Position numbers and translations under genes: made by a program. Shown piece after piece: positions 1-12,500 of a DNA stretch of 64,000 bases. This DNA comes from Pocillopora damicornis (lineage: Eukaryota). Where the stretch lies: assembly GCF_003704095.1 (NCBI RefSeq), contig NW_020843834.1:186001-250000 (forward strand), given 5' to 3'. Every line of letters begins with the position of its first letter. Positions within the stretch are counted from its first letter, which is position 1. The notes beneath the pieces are model-generated. The model worked only from the letters and a program-made list of their open reading frames with translations, had not been told where the DNA came from and ran no database searches.

Positions 1-1297
1 AAGCTGTGCCTATTGTGAATAGATGATAACGTGAAAACCACAAAAGAACGCCCCCTCGAAGATAACAGCCATTGCAGGGACTTAACGGCATGACGTTATG
101 ACAAATTGTAATGAATCAGTAACGGCTGGAAACCATTGTATGCCGTAAAATTTTTGTCCTTGCGATGTGGATTCTCAACGCAAATGCAAACAATACTTAC
201 ATCCTACACGGCTGAAGAAGTAGGCAACAGGTATCGTGACAAAACTGAATTGTGAATCGCTTTACCGAAAAATATTGTGTTTAAAGCAGGGTTTCAAGCA
301 GTGTTTTGGTAAATGGTACAACGAGCGGCTCTGCCTGATGAAGGGGCCGTAGGCGAAATATGAATTTATATGAAAGATGAAAGCTGGCATGCAGGCTAAT
401 AGGCGGCGGTAAGAAGTCCTTTATCCAGCGGTAGACCGCCGGTATCCGGTTCTTTTCGAAATCCTTGGCTTTAAGTATATCCTGAGGCTTTTCTTAATGA
501 AAAGAAGTTAGTTACAGCTTCAACAAGCAAAATATCGTTCTATTTTAGTGAGGAGTGCGTTAGATGAAAGTCATTAATATGCTAGGGTTTTTTTTCATTA
601 CTGTTACAAATTAAAAATGAGTGTAGCAATTAAGAAGAATTGTGGCTGTGTGGCTTACAGAAAGCAGGATTAAATTTATATGCATCCTCAAGAACAACAC
701 TGCGATTCACTAATTTATATCAATACTAACAGATGTATGTCAAATGAAAGGTACAGATAGCATTCAAATTTGACAAGCTTTGCCTCTGTATCGAGGATTG
801 GCGACTGTCTTCGGAAATTCATCCACACGCCTTCTCAGCCAATCTCGTACAAATTCCAAACTGCGCTGTTTTCCCGTCAGGAGGACGGTACCTTAAATTA
901 TGGGAGAACTCTCATAAGCTTGTTCGAATGTCATTATTATTTGCTTGGCTGGCCATTATAATTACTTAGGGAGTTTTAAAGTGATTTACTAAATGTAATA
1001 AACATCACAAGGACTTCTCTCCAGGACCAGCCGACCTATTACTCCGATGCGAACTAGAGAGAACTGCGATCACGTCGCACACAGTTTTCCCGCTCCATAG
1101 TACATGGGGTTACCCTTGCTTGTTTTAAATCTCGCTGGTTTCTTGTTTTTGTTTACTTTTTAACTGGCTGGACTTTATGATGACTTTGGTTTGGTTTTGC
1201 GATGGCCATGACAATTTGCTAACATTATAATAACTGTTTTTGACTCATAGGGTGCTGAGCAAGACATCTAAAGCATCGTAATTTTTAATACGCCGAA

Positions 1298-2427
1298 ATG
1301 ATCAGTAACATTAGCGCTATTCAAACAAAGAAAGCATCCTACAGAGAGAGAAAGTCGTCAACATTGTGTCGACCATCTTCTGGATATCCTTGTCTCGATA
1401 GGCTCAAAAGACGCCGCCCAGATGCCAAAGTGATTATCAATGTTGGAGGACGTAGATTTGTCACGTGGAAAAACACGCTGAAACGTTTTCCTCAAACGCT
1501 TCTGGGCTCAGAAGAGCTTGCGGCGCGTTTTTATGACCAGGATAGAAAGGAATATTTCATAGATCGCGATCCGCATTTATTTCGATATATACTAAATTAT
1601 TATCGTTGTGGCAAACTCCATCGTTCGTTTGAAGATTGCAATGCATCATTTGAAGATGAACTCTCCTTTTACGGGATTATGCCACAAGAGGTGCACGACT
1701 GTTGTTTTGACGATGATAATGAAAACGATAACGCTGATGATAGCAAAAGCACAGGGTCCGGGTCGGTATGCGACAAAACCGAACATGTAGTAACTCGAAG
1801 TTTGATAGGACGAGCTCGAAATTGGATTTGGGTTTTACTGGAAGGCGAGGCGGATTCCGGCTTCAGAGCGTTTTTTGGGATGGTCATCATATACATTGTG
1901 GGACTTTTTATCATTCTTAGTATTTTTACAACTGTCTATGAAACTGTACCTTGCGAAAACGTGGAGAAGGTTTGCAAGGAAAGAACTCGAATCTTGGATC
2001 TATTGGACAATATTTGCGTGGGTGTTTTCAGCGTGGAATTCTGTCTCAGACTTCTTGTCTGTCCGAATATTGTGGAATTCGCTAAGAACCCGATGAACAT
2101 CATCGATTTTTTATCGATCTTGCCTTTTTATTTAACGCTGCTATTAGAGTCTGTGGTAGGATCAAACTTAGAAGCTTTTGTAGTTCTTCGAGTTTTGAGA
2201 ATATTTAGAGTTTTCAAGTTAACAAGACATTCCAAACGTCTGCAAAGATTTGGCGCAGCTATGGCCAGCTGTGTTGGAGATCTCACCTCGTTGATGTTTG
2301 TTTTAATTATTGCTGTCGTGGTTTTTGCAAGTATGATATACTTTATTGAGCGCAACGCTGTGGAAGGAAAGTTCATTAGTATTCCTGACAGTATGTGGTA
2401 TACCATCGTTACCATGATCACACTGGG
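1298..2427 (+). CDS. Shal: Shal/Kv4-family voltage-gated K+ channel subunit, gene 1, coding exon 1 (T1 domain, S1-S5, pore helix); spliced product about 449 aa
   Basis: T1 domain (INVGGRRF...YFIDRDPHLFRYILNYYR) with the Zn motif H-x5-C-x20-CC; Kv4-like ETVPC..C S1-S2 loop; S4 LRVLRIFRVFKLTRH; pore helix IPDSMWYTIVTMITLG. Ends at donor GG|GTGAGT (intron 2428-3336). Candidate upstream acceptor TAG at 1250. Confidence 0.95.
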
Positions 2428-2801
2428 GTGAGTTGTTCATACAGCAGACCAGCTAATACCCCATTCATACCAGCAGAATATGTTTAGTTAAACCGGGTTG
2501 AACTGAATGAAAATCAGAGACAAAAAATGCGTTAAATTTGAAGTCGGCAAACATCGCTTTGATCAGCTTTTATGATAAAAAAATTCAAAACCGTTTTTAA
2601 CAAAACAACCTTAAAACATGTTTGAACTTCAGTGTGTATAAGGTATAACTTATGCTCAGCTTTAGCGTATAAGTAGAATAAAAATGTATTTTGGCTATGT
2701 TGCATAAATTTGATTGCTAGTTATGACTAAATTAAGATAAGTAATTTTTGCCATAGATGTATCAGACTGAGTGTGGAAAGTAATGCAGGATTATATATGC
2801 T

Positions 2802-3240
2802 AAGCTAATTTATGCTCGCATTTTGATTCGTTCTCATCTATAATCTATTGGAGGACAGGCGCATATTGGAGGCATGACGTCACCCATGATTAAAAAATTT
2901 TATTTCTTTATTACATAAAACAAATAGATTCTTTGTGATCGATTACTGAACAGGCGAACGCGTACGCCAACATGGAATTTGATCGTTAAGTTATACAATT
3001 GGCTAGATTATTAACGCATTTTGATCGGTGAGCACTTATGATCTATTGGAGGGCAGACACACAGATAACATCGTCATTAAAAACAAAACAAATATATTCC
3101 ATTTTGCTGTGTGGTTAGAGTATCAGTGACCGGCACAATCAGCTGCGCCTCGTGTGTTATTTTATAGTACTTGCCACATAAGGACATCATCTGTGATTTA
3201 TTGCTAAAAAGGCGCATGGCAACATGGAATCTATTTGTCA
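2802..3240. repeat. Two tandem copies of an interspersed repeat in the intron of Kv gene 1
   Basis: gcattttgat...tctattggagg...gtgat..tta.tg....aggcg....caacatggaat occurs twice; related sequence at 29410-29775. Confidence 0.7.
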
Positions 3241-3289
3241 AAAATGCATCATTTCAGTGCGCGCTGACTCCAAGATTTTTAATTTTTCT

Positions 3290-3291
3290 CT

Positions 3292-3322
<31 letters not shown>

Positions 3323-3325
3323 TTT
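3290..3325. repeat. (TTTA)n microsatellite abutting the exon-2 acceptor of Kv gene 1
   Basis: Read directly from the sequence. Confidence 0.9.
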
Positions 3326-3336
3326 TCGTTTTTCAG

Positions 3337-3556
3337 GTATGGAGACATGGTCCCGTCCACATTTTTAGGTCAGACTGTAGGAGCCATATGTTGCGTGGCT
3401 GGCGTCATACTGGTCGCTTTGCCGATACCAATAATTCAAGAGAAAGACATCTTCAAGAAACAGATGCTTAGCGTTTATAATGTGGACGATTTGCAAAAGA
3501 AAATTAAGCAAATGAGGAAAAGTGCGGACAGACCAGAGCGAGGAGATCCCTCGTGA
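3337..3556 (+). CDS. Shal: Kv gene 1, coding exon 2 (YGD, S6, short C-tail)
   Basis: Acceptor TTTTTCAG|G; completes the Gly codon, then [36 protein letters not shown]...GDPS* in frame with exon 1. Confidence 0.93.
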
Positions 3557-4110
3557 ATTTACTAACCTCGCAAACTCTAATATCGATATACGCATTCTCA
3601 TTTTCTACTTCCATACTTTGCTTGTGAATGGTTGGGAGAAGGTACTTTTTGGTCAGGGACTAAGAGAGACTTAAACCAAGAGACCGAGTCCTCTACGGGA
3701 TAAAATTTCCTAGAGTGACAAGAGGAATTCTGGAGCAGTTAAATTCGTTTTGCTTTACTGTGTTCTATGATTATTTTTAGAGAAGCTCGCGTCTCTCTCC
3801 CAATCAATGAGATGCAAAACTAATGCCATAAACGTTTTGATGGTACCTGCGTTTTCCTGCGCTTCTGGCAGTTTAATATTTGTTTTTGGCGCTTTTACTT
3901 CTCATCAGCTGCTTGCAGTAATTTCCTTTTGTCTGATTGGCTGTTGTAGGCGGTAACCTTCATTTTGTCTTCATAATAACACTGAAGTGAAACCCGGCTT
4001 GTAGGTTTTACTCCGGAAATTATCCCTATCATTTAACCTTAGAAAAATAAAACAATGTTATATTGCCCTTGTTAAACTAAAAAAATTTCATTCCTAATTC
4101 CTCTTCAAAC

Positions 4111-4203
4111 TTTGACCCTTGAGAGTGACGAGGTTATAACATCTCTACACAGTATCACCCCTGAAACTCACAGTAATGTCACCAGAATAAAGGAAATGAT
4201 TGT
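4111..4203 (-). mobile_element. Partial copy of the TTAA MITE family
   Basis: tatcacccctgaa...agaataaaggaaatgat is shared with the 55207 copy in the same orientation. Confidence 0.65.
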
Positions 4204-6403
4204 AAATTCAATAGATGAAGGATATTAAGGCGCTCAACGTTTTTGAAATTATTGTCATTTGAATTAATGAATACTTTTGCTACGGATTCAGAGCATTTGC
4301 GACGTGCAAAAGTTATTTAACTCTATTGGTATGTAAACGTCAAAGGGGTAAGAATAAGCTGAAAGGAAACAAGGATGGATTGGAACGGATGTGTGATAGA
4401 CTGGGAATTAGTTCTGCAAACCCCCCCATAAGCCCATTCGGTCAAATAATAAAAAAACACATTGTCAGGTTTAAGCTGTGGTCTGCGTTTGTCAAGATCC
4501 TTTTTCTTTTTGGCTTTGTTTTGAAAGACTTCAAGGCAAATCAAGAACGAGAGGTAAAATTGTACATGAAAAACTACAAGTGATGTTTCAAAAATTACTC
4601 GAGCCCTTTACAGAGCACTGCACATTGGCACATACACGAGCTTAATATCTAGATATACTGAGACGGGTGAGGAGGATGTTTGTCATTTTAATTTTATGTA
4701 ACAGTTTTATACCTCGTTGGTGGGTATAATACAAAATGATGGTCAAAGGATCAGTTGAAATTATATGAGAAAGTCGGCAGCCTGATCATACAGTGACATT
4801 CAATGAGTTGATTTTATTTTGGTTCATTCTCTCTAAGTTAAGCATCACATAAAGGACTCGGTTTAGGATGTTGAAATTCAGTTTTAGCGACTAGTGAGTA
4901 AAAAAGTTTACGATAGCAACAACAACTCATTATATTTGTGCCCTTTAGATTTTACAAATGATGGAGAAAAATTGAGATAGAATGGTAAAACACCAAAACA
5001 GTACTGTTGAAAATGAATAGTTTCTTCTCCTCAAAATTACCTTGGTAATGATGACGATCAAAGTGGAGATCGATGGTAAAATGTTTTTGGAAATCAAGAA
5101 ACATGCGACAAAAATAAAACTTACGTTCGTCACGGCCACTAGAGTGTAGAAAGCGATTGTGAGTATTTTTTAAGAATAAATTAGAAAATGGAAATTTAAA
5201 TATATTCATGAAAACTGGTAAAAATTTTAAAGGTTAACCAGTTATTTTTATCAGCAACGAAGCGACGTTAATTGGTGTAAAGACGCGATGTGTTAAATAG
5301 CCAACACTCTTTCTTAGTGGGAACAAATTATAACTGCAATTCTTTCTATTGTCATATTTTATTACTACCGCAGCTTTTTTGAAATAATTCGCTTAAATGA
5401 CAGAATAAAAATGATTGATTTGACGACTGAATTTCTAAGACATCAATCGCTTGTCACTTGAAAGTTCCAGAAACACATTAAATGGAGAAAAATGACAATT
5501 TAATAAAACCGAAAAAAAGCAGGCGAGGATATTACAGCTTGAGCCTTTTCCCGTTATTCAATACCGATGCCTTCTCCTGAAATTTCCTTTAAAGAAAGTT
5601 GGAATTTCTTTGAGGAAAGGTAAGAAAAAGCTTTTACCAGCTTTCAGAAAGGTGTGAAGAACAACATATTCCATTAAAGCGTGTATGTAATCGTTTATAT
5701 TTGTTCAGCTCATCATTTCGATGCTTTCTTGTCAATAGGTTATCTACAGTGGTCTCTGTTTGAGTTCAAGTTGGAGAATCGTTTTATTTTTTGACAATCA
5801 AACAAATATATTTGGATTCCATTTCTGAAGCTTCAAAGGAACATAGGCACATGGTAAGAACTTGCTTTCTTTGACTTCAGAAATTCTCTCTCATACCTGT
5901 TATGCAATATTGATGTTTTACAACTTCGCATAAACAAACGCCCCAACTAATTTCAACTCGCACATAAATTGCCACATGTTTATCTTGTTATTGCTGCAGA
6001 GTTTGCTCCTCTTGAATTGCGTGAGTTTTCAGTCTCTCTGTACTGAACCAAAACGTGTTTATCACCGAAGTGCCACGAAAGAGATAATTATTTACTGCAT
6101 TTGACAAAACGATCGGATGGCGTAAATTCGTATATAACTCGTCTATCGGTTGCTTTTTTTCTTTGCGAAGGAAAAAAACGATAAGATGAAACTCTCATCA
6201 TCGCAGATCAAATACAGAATTAACGAGAGAAATATCATTCATTCTTTACCATTCCAACAGGAAAATTTTGGTATATACAACACTATTTTTCCACGAAAAT
6301 TAGAAAATGTGTTTTAGCGCCGTCAAACAAACGAGGAAGTCATAACTCTCCATCAATTCTGAATTATGCTGAATATTTAGTCCATCGCTTTTTTCAAACA
6401 CAC

Positions 6404-6406
<3 letters not shown>

Positions 6407-6442
<36 letters not shown>

Positions 6443-6518
6443 CCCCTGAAGAGTGAAGCGATTCACGAAACAGGCTTGTCGGGAAATGTAGTTACGTCCT
6501 TTTTCCTCTCATAATATT

Positions 6519-6542
<24 letters not shown>
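6407..6542. repeat. (AT)16 and (TA)12 microsatellites flanking an 80-bp insert
   Basis: (AT)n at 6407-6438, insert 6439-6518, (TA)n at 6519-6542. Confidence 0.95.
6443..6483 (+). ncRNA. Minimal type I hammerhead ribozyme motif (Penelope-like element type)
   Basis: CCC-CUGAAGA-GUGAA[GCGA]UUCAC-GAAAC-AGGCUU-GUC^GGG: complete core, perfect 5-bp stem II, near-palindromic stem III, GUC cleavage triplet, 3-bp stem I. Confidence 0.75.
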
Positions 6543-6550
<8 letters not shown>

Positions 6551-9500
6551 TTAATCAGGACCGAGTCAACGCCCAGTGGTCAGTGGTTCAATTTCATGGA
6601 AACGTGCAAAATATGGTTGAATCATAAAATATGATTTAGCACATTTAATTTGCGGCCCTCTAAGCATTTGATGAGCGGTTTGAGCCGGAACCAGCAGAAA
6701 CCATATGTCAAATTTCATTGAAACGCCATAACAAGCTAATGCGGGTACGGGAAAAGGTGTTTGTAGCTGTGACATGTATCAGCAGACCTCTTTCCTCAAG
6801 CCTGTTAAAAAATCGCAAAAGCAACTCCATACAACAAAGTCAACCATTTTTTGGAGAAAACTGCTGACTAAATCACGTTACAGGTCCGAGGAATACAGCG
6901 GTCGAACGTCTGCGCATATGTGGATGTTGTAATGGATAGGTAGCGTGCTCTCAGGCTTTCAGACCCAAGTTGTCTTACAAAAATTGTAAACAAACACGCA
7001 AGCCATTGAGTCACGGTGTTTTAGAAGCGTATAAATTTTTTGATAATACTCAAGACAAGACGATTTCTATTGAAGTTTCAATTTTTCTTTACATATTTTG
7101 CGTGACAGCGGTTCTAGCTCATGTTTTTCTGTTAGATTTTGGGCGCGAATAGATGCGCAGCTGGCCAAATTTGATCCCCGTGCGCATGCTTAACGTTTGA
7201 CCGCTGTGTAGATCAACGGCGAATTCCAGTTTATGATCGAATCTGATTTGGATAAATCTAAATGACCCAATTCGCTAGAGAACTTTAAAGGAACTAATCA
7301 TGAAGTGGCAAATGTTCAGGTTTTATCTGATAGAATAAGGATCAGCAAATTCCGGTGATCCATATTTTCCGAAAAATTAAACGATCTATATATTATATCC
7401 ATATATTATATCGTATATTTTATCAGTCGCACATGATAATAAACCGCGATATTTAAAAGTAACATTTTGCTGTGTTTGTCATTCGTCGCTGGAGGACTTC
7501 GCCGTCTTTCTTTGCGCTATACTTCGTCTGTATCTTAGACGGTAGCCGAATTACTAAATTGTTTCGAGGAGACTTCAAGAACAGGTAACGTGATTTATTT
7601 ATCAAAGGCTGTTTTAAAAGTTGTCCATAACTATGCGTCTCATAAATAAGTAAGGTGGATTCAGATTTATAGAACGGCCAGGGAAAGTTTGCATTCGCCT
7701 TATTGGCAGCTCTTTTATTGATTTGGGTGAAATATCCAGGCTGCGGTAACGAAATCAATAGCATGAATGGAAGATTCGACTTTTTTTTTGGTCACGTAAA
7801 ATTGTGAAGCGCTTCCTTCAAAGTTACGAAGAACCTTGCTTGTTCAGCCATGAACTGTTAGAATTTCCTCCTCATTTTCAGGATCTTTTTTTCTCATCGC
7901 TGTAGGATATGGAATACTGTAATTAAGGAAGTAATTCTGCTTTTACATTCACTTTTCTTTCAAGTAGTGATCAGCTGCAATTAAACCGAGTACTTTTTAG
8001 ACACAATTTGCTGCAAAAGTGCCATGAAAAGGTGAAACACAAACTCATTCATGCAAAGGTGTTAGGAAGCGTGTGGTTGTTTCAGTCTTTAATAAATAAA
8101 GAAACTCGAAATAAACACAGTTTGTGGGTATGGTTGGAAGAAAAATGGAGCAATTTTTAATTAACTTCAATGAAAGTTTCATTTTGGTTTGCGTCCATGA
8201 ATATTTTAAATACTATTCGCTTTCGAGTAGATTTCACGAAAATATATTACTATACATATTTAAATGTTTGTGGGTAATGTAGTCTAATGTAATTACTGGT
8301 ACTGAAGGCAATATCTTCTCCTAGAGGGAGAAAAAACCTCAGTCTGCAGAGGTTGTTAAATTAAATATTCACATCCTGTGCTTTTACATGTGTAAATATT
8401 TACCGGTGTTCTAATACTGAATTTATGAGATATGGAAATTATTGCTCGTTAGGAGACAGTCCATCCCTGATAAGGGAGGAAAATAAGTCAATTTGAAGGT
8501 AATATCTGGCGAATAAAGTTAAGAGGGCTGATCATGTTTAACTTATCGCCTCAAATATCATAATAATGGTTTATTTTGCGGGCCATAAAAGCCACATTCA
8601 TCAAATATTTATCCAGGGGAGTGTTATCACTATTCTACGTATTCATCGGCAGGCAATAACTGCGTGAAATCTACGTGCATTCTTGATTATGAATTTGAAA
8701 TAATCTGTTATCTCTTCATGTGTCATGTCACAAGACAGAAGGGTGGCCGAGTGTAATCATTTCATAAATTAAAAGCTTTGAATCACGCAGGATTTTACAA
8801 AGGCAAGAGAGACAAAAATTTATGCTCGCTCATGCCCGCGGGGATGGCTTAATCGTAGTTTCCTCAATCCAAGTGTCAAATCGGTCGATAAATTACTATG
8901 CGGGTGTTTGAAGGAGTTTTTCATTTCAAGTAGAAGCGTGCTGTTCTGAAGACGAAATACGCAAAAAGAAAATTCCACTTTAAGGTACTGTTATCACTTT
9001 GTTACTTGAATTCTTTCGATTTGATTCGCTGCTACAGGGTTGAATTCGTGGTTTTCCGAGTATTTGTGGTGATTACTCGTGTAAAATGCTATTAATTTCG
9101 AAGACTACTCGAAAACATTCGGCGCACTACAGAATCTTGAACAACGGAAATTGGATTCCATTCCATATATGTTCACCGCAATCAAAATGTACATGCAATC
9201 GAATCACAATTTTAAAAACTAGACCGTTATTTTTTTTTCGAAGGGAATGACAGATGTACAAAAAAATCCTGACTTAGGTTAGCGAAAACAGTTGTGCATG
9301 GTTATCGCCATTTTTTGGAGTGCACGGCAATTTGGAGAATAATGTTTTCAGTTTTTGGATATGAAACACGATGATGACTGCTCACGGTTTAATACATGAG
9401 CAGAATTTTCATCAAGATAAGACAATTTTTCACGGACTTTGATTTTCTTTTGTTTCAAGCGACTAATCAAAGTTGAGCTGAAGCTGCTTCTGCATTACGT

Positions 9501-12500
9501 TGATGCCAAAATACTACATTGCAAGGTAAAAGGAGGTGAAAATCACTCCAGAGTGTAGCCCAGCGCATGATTATTGCGTGTAGTATCTAACGTGGTTAGC
9601 ATGGGTATTACTAAATACAGACAGGCAATTTTAATGTACCCGTGGTTCATTTTCTGTTAAACATTCAAGGTGGCTAACCACGTGTTACTCCATATTGAGC
9701 CAGGCAACGCTTTTCTTCGCCAGGGAAATTTGTCGTCATTTTTCACTCAAAAATAAGCCAATCTATCATTTGTTCCTCTGTTTTGAAGCGAGTAATCAGT
9801 AGTAGTAGTAGGCTCACGGAAAAAAAAGATGAAATAGATAAAAGAATCGAAAAGGTTAATTAGAAAGACGAAACCGTCGACTGGTTACTGTAGATTTTAC
9901 AGATCAATATTCTCAAGAATTACTCTGCAAATATGTAAAAAAGGACTACCTGCTCATAAAAAGAGGCACTATTATATTAATTTGACTTTTTTTTTTAAAA
10001 GATAAAAAGCCGATTAACAATAAGAGTTTTGCAAAATTCCCTTTGCTGGACTCTTTCTGTCGTGGAAGGAACGATTTAAAACGCCGGCCTTTGATCATGA
10101 GACTTAAACGCGACAAGGGAATACTAGTGGCCTCTAACCCGTCATTTCAGAGGCTGCAACCCACACAGCATGACGACGTAGTCTTTTTCCCCTTCCATAT
10201 GATATCCTCCGGGGTACCCTTAAGCGAAAGGCGCCAACCTACTGCGCCAGATCGGAACTGCGGTCGGGGGTATTTCGGTACAGCGGCTTAATGATCACGA
10301 AATCGAATCTATTTTTTTCGCCGTTGTGAATATTTAACTGTCATACTCTGTCATACACAAAAGTTTCTGTCATAAGGCAAAGTGGTATTTTAAAATTTAA
10401 TTCAACACTCCCTATAAGTATCAAAAGATCTTGTTTAAATTCAAGAGTAAAGTCATTTGGAGAGCCTGAAGTATTTGAAATATTAGTGACCTTAATATCA
10501 CTTGACAACTTCGAGGCTGAAGAAAACTGCTAGGAATAAGTGGGCGCGTTTTGCTCGCGTTTTGAATGCGTTTGGCATGCGTGTGATAACAGTTACCCTT
10601 TTTTAAGACGATTTTTGCGAGAATTAAATCGAATTAAACTTCTTTTTTCAAGTTTTTTATATGCCTTTACCAGTGATCTGAGACATAGACGTAAGGAGGG
10701 AGGAGAGTTAAACTAAACAGGAAACGCTGTCAAGAATTTCTGTCAATGAATTTCCTTTGTCTGTCTTGAGATATAGATAATACATGGAGAGGTTTACAGA
10801 GAAACGACCTTCTCCAGGCTGTCAGAGATGTTTCTGGTAGGCTGATATTTGAATGTCTTAGTGGAACGATCAGAAACATTTCCCTAACCATTATGAGAAA
10901 AATTGACCGCTCTGATGATTCCTCAGTTTCACCTTCGAGCTGCTTGCCAGCCTTTTCTCAACTACAGGTGTTACTTTCAGTTTTTGCTAATTTTTTTTTT
11001 TTTTGCACTTAATTTTTTTTGGTTTGCTTTTTTTAAGGCGCTAAGGAGGATTAAGTAGACAAAAAGTAAGAGGTGTGAATACCTCAAATAGCTATTTAAT
11101 GGCAAACCTAAATTTAAATCTTTATTCAATTGTCAGCGAAGCCGTTTGCTAATGAAAGTTTCCTGGAGATTATTATCGAAAAACTGACATACAGCCTTAC
11201 TTATGAAATGGCGCTTCTCAGTTAAGTAAATAGAATTTTGTAGAATTTTCTGATGAATTTGTTAATTACCCGGTGGTATCCTCCATTAAAAGCATTGAAA
11301 CATCCTGCGCTGAGACACATTAAAATTTTTTTTCCAAAAATCTTGTTATCTTTGTTGCGTCGAGTCCTTCGTAGTCTTAAATCATTGTCCATAGCATGAT
11401 AGCGATCCTTTGTGTTATTTTTATGTGGTTTTGCCGTTGTGCAAAGCTCGCTGTCGAAGTTTCTTTTTCTTTCCTTTTATCGAAATGTTGATGAAATCTC
11501 GTCGAAAATATATTTTTTTCCTCTGCATAAAAGCACCAAACATAACTTAGTCGGTATCGGAACAAACCGAACAAAGTCTCTTTCTCCATAGCTAAACCTT
11601 GAAATGTGTACTTAGATCTTCAAATCAACACCAAAAATTTTGGCGGATGTGCAGTTGTCTAACACGTTGAATACGTGCCACATCTTTCATCTGTTTAAGC
11701 AAACGGGGGAAGACGTTTAATTTCGAGGAGCATAAAAACACTTGCACATTTGAAGACCTCAAATTGCAATGGAACTAGTAACAAAAATTCGTTGCAGTAT
11801 GACTTTCTTATTTATCCTTAAATGAAGCATCTCCGTTTTCCGTGGTTTGCCAATGTTGGTGTCTTTTAATCTTACCACACTACAATTTGTGGTTTCTTTC
11901 ACGTTAACACCAATTTGCAGGTCGCAACGAAGGATTCAAAATATCGTGACGTGACGCTTGTAAACTGAACTTAAATGAAAAACTTGATACCGCAGTATTT
12001 ATACGTATGTATAAATACTATGGTAAACAGCCGTTGAAACCGATTAACTTACTGTGTATCATTTCGAACCGACGAAGGCTAATGTTTCGAATTTTCAAAC
12101 ATCGTAAGTTCTCTTACGCGTGCCGGACATGTTGTACGCCTGTGAATTGAAAATGGCTATTCTAATCGATGACGTACTTCAAAGCGAATAACTGGGCCTT
12201 AGGTCTTATTTGTATTACTGTTTCTTAACGTCATTTGAAAAACACTGGCCACCCGCATGACAATTCATACGCAAATATATAGTTTAGTCACGTCCTTACG
12301 AGGTCCTATATTTTACCGTTTCCTGTTGACAGGTAATAAAGCCTATACACGAAAAACAGCGAAAGTGCAGGCAAGTAAACCCTCTAGTACTTTCCATGTG
12401 TAATGTACCGCAAACTACGATCTATGCTTCCCATTTTTGAGCACTTTAAGACACCTTTTTTAAGGTAGGACTTGCCATTGTTCGAAAAAATTTATGAGAA

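Noticed and set aside
330-375. CTGATGA...GCCGTAGGC-GAAA hammerhead-like string
   Set aside because: Four extra bases before stem II, the cleavage position would be G (not NUH), and there is no stem I pairing.
3224-3336. N-terminal part of the 110-aa ORF (LFIYLFIY repeats)
   Set aside because: Intronic (TTTA)n microsatellite; the real exon starts at 3337.
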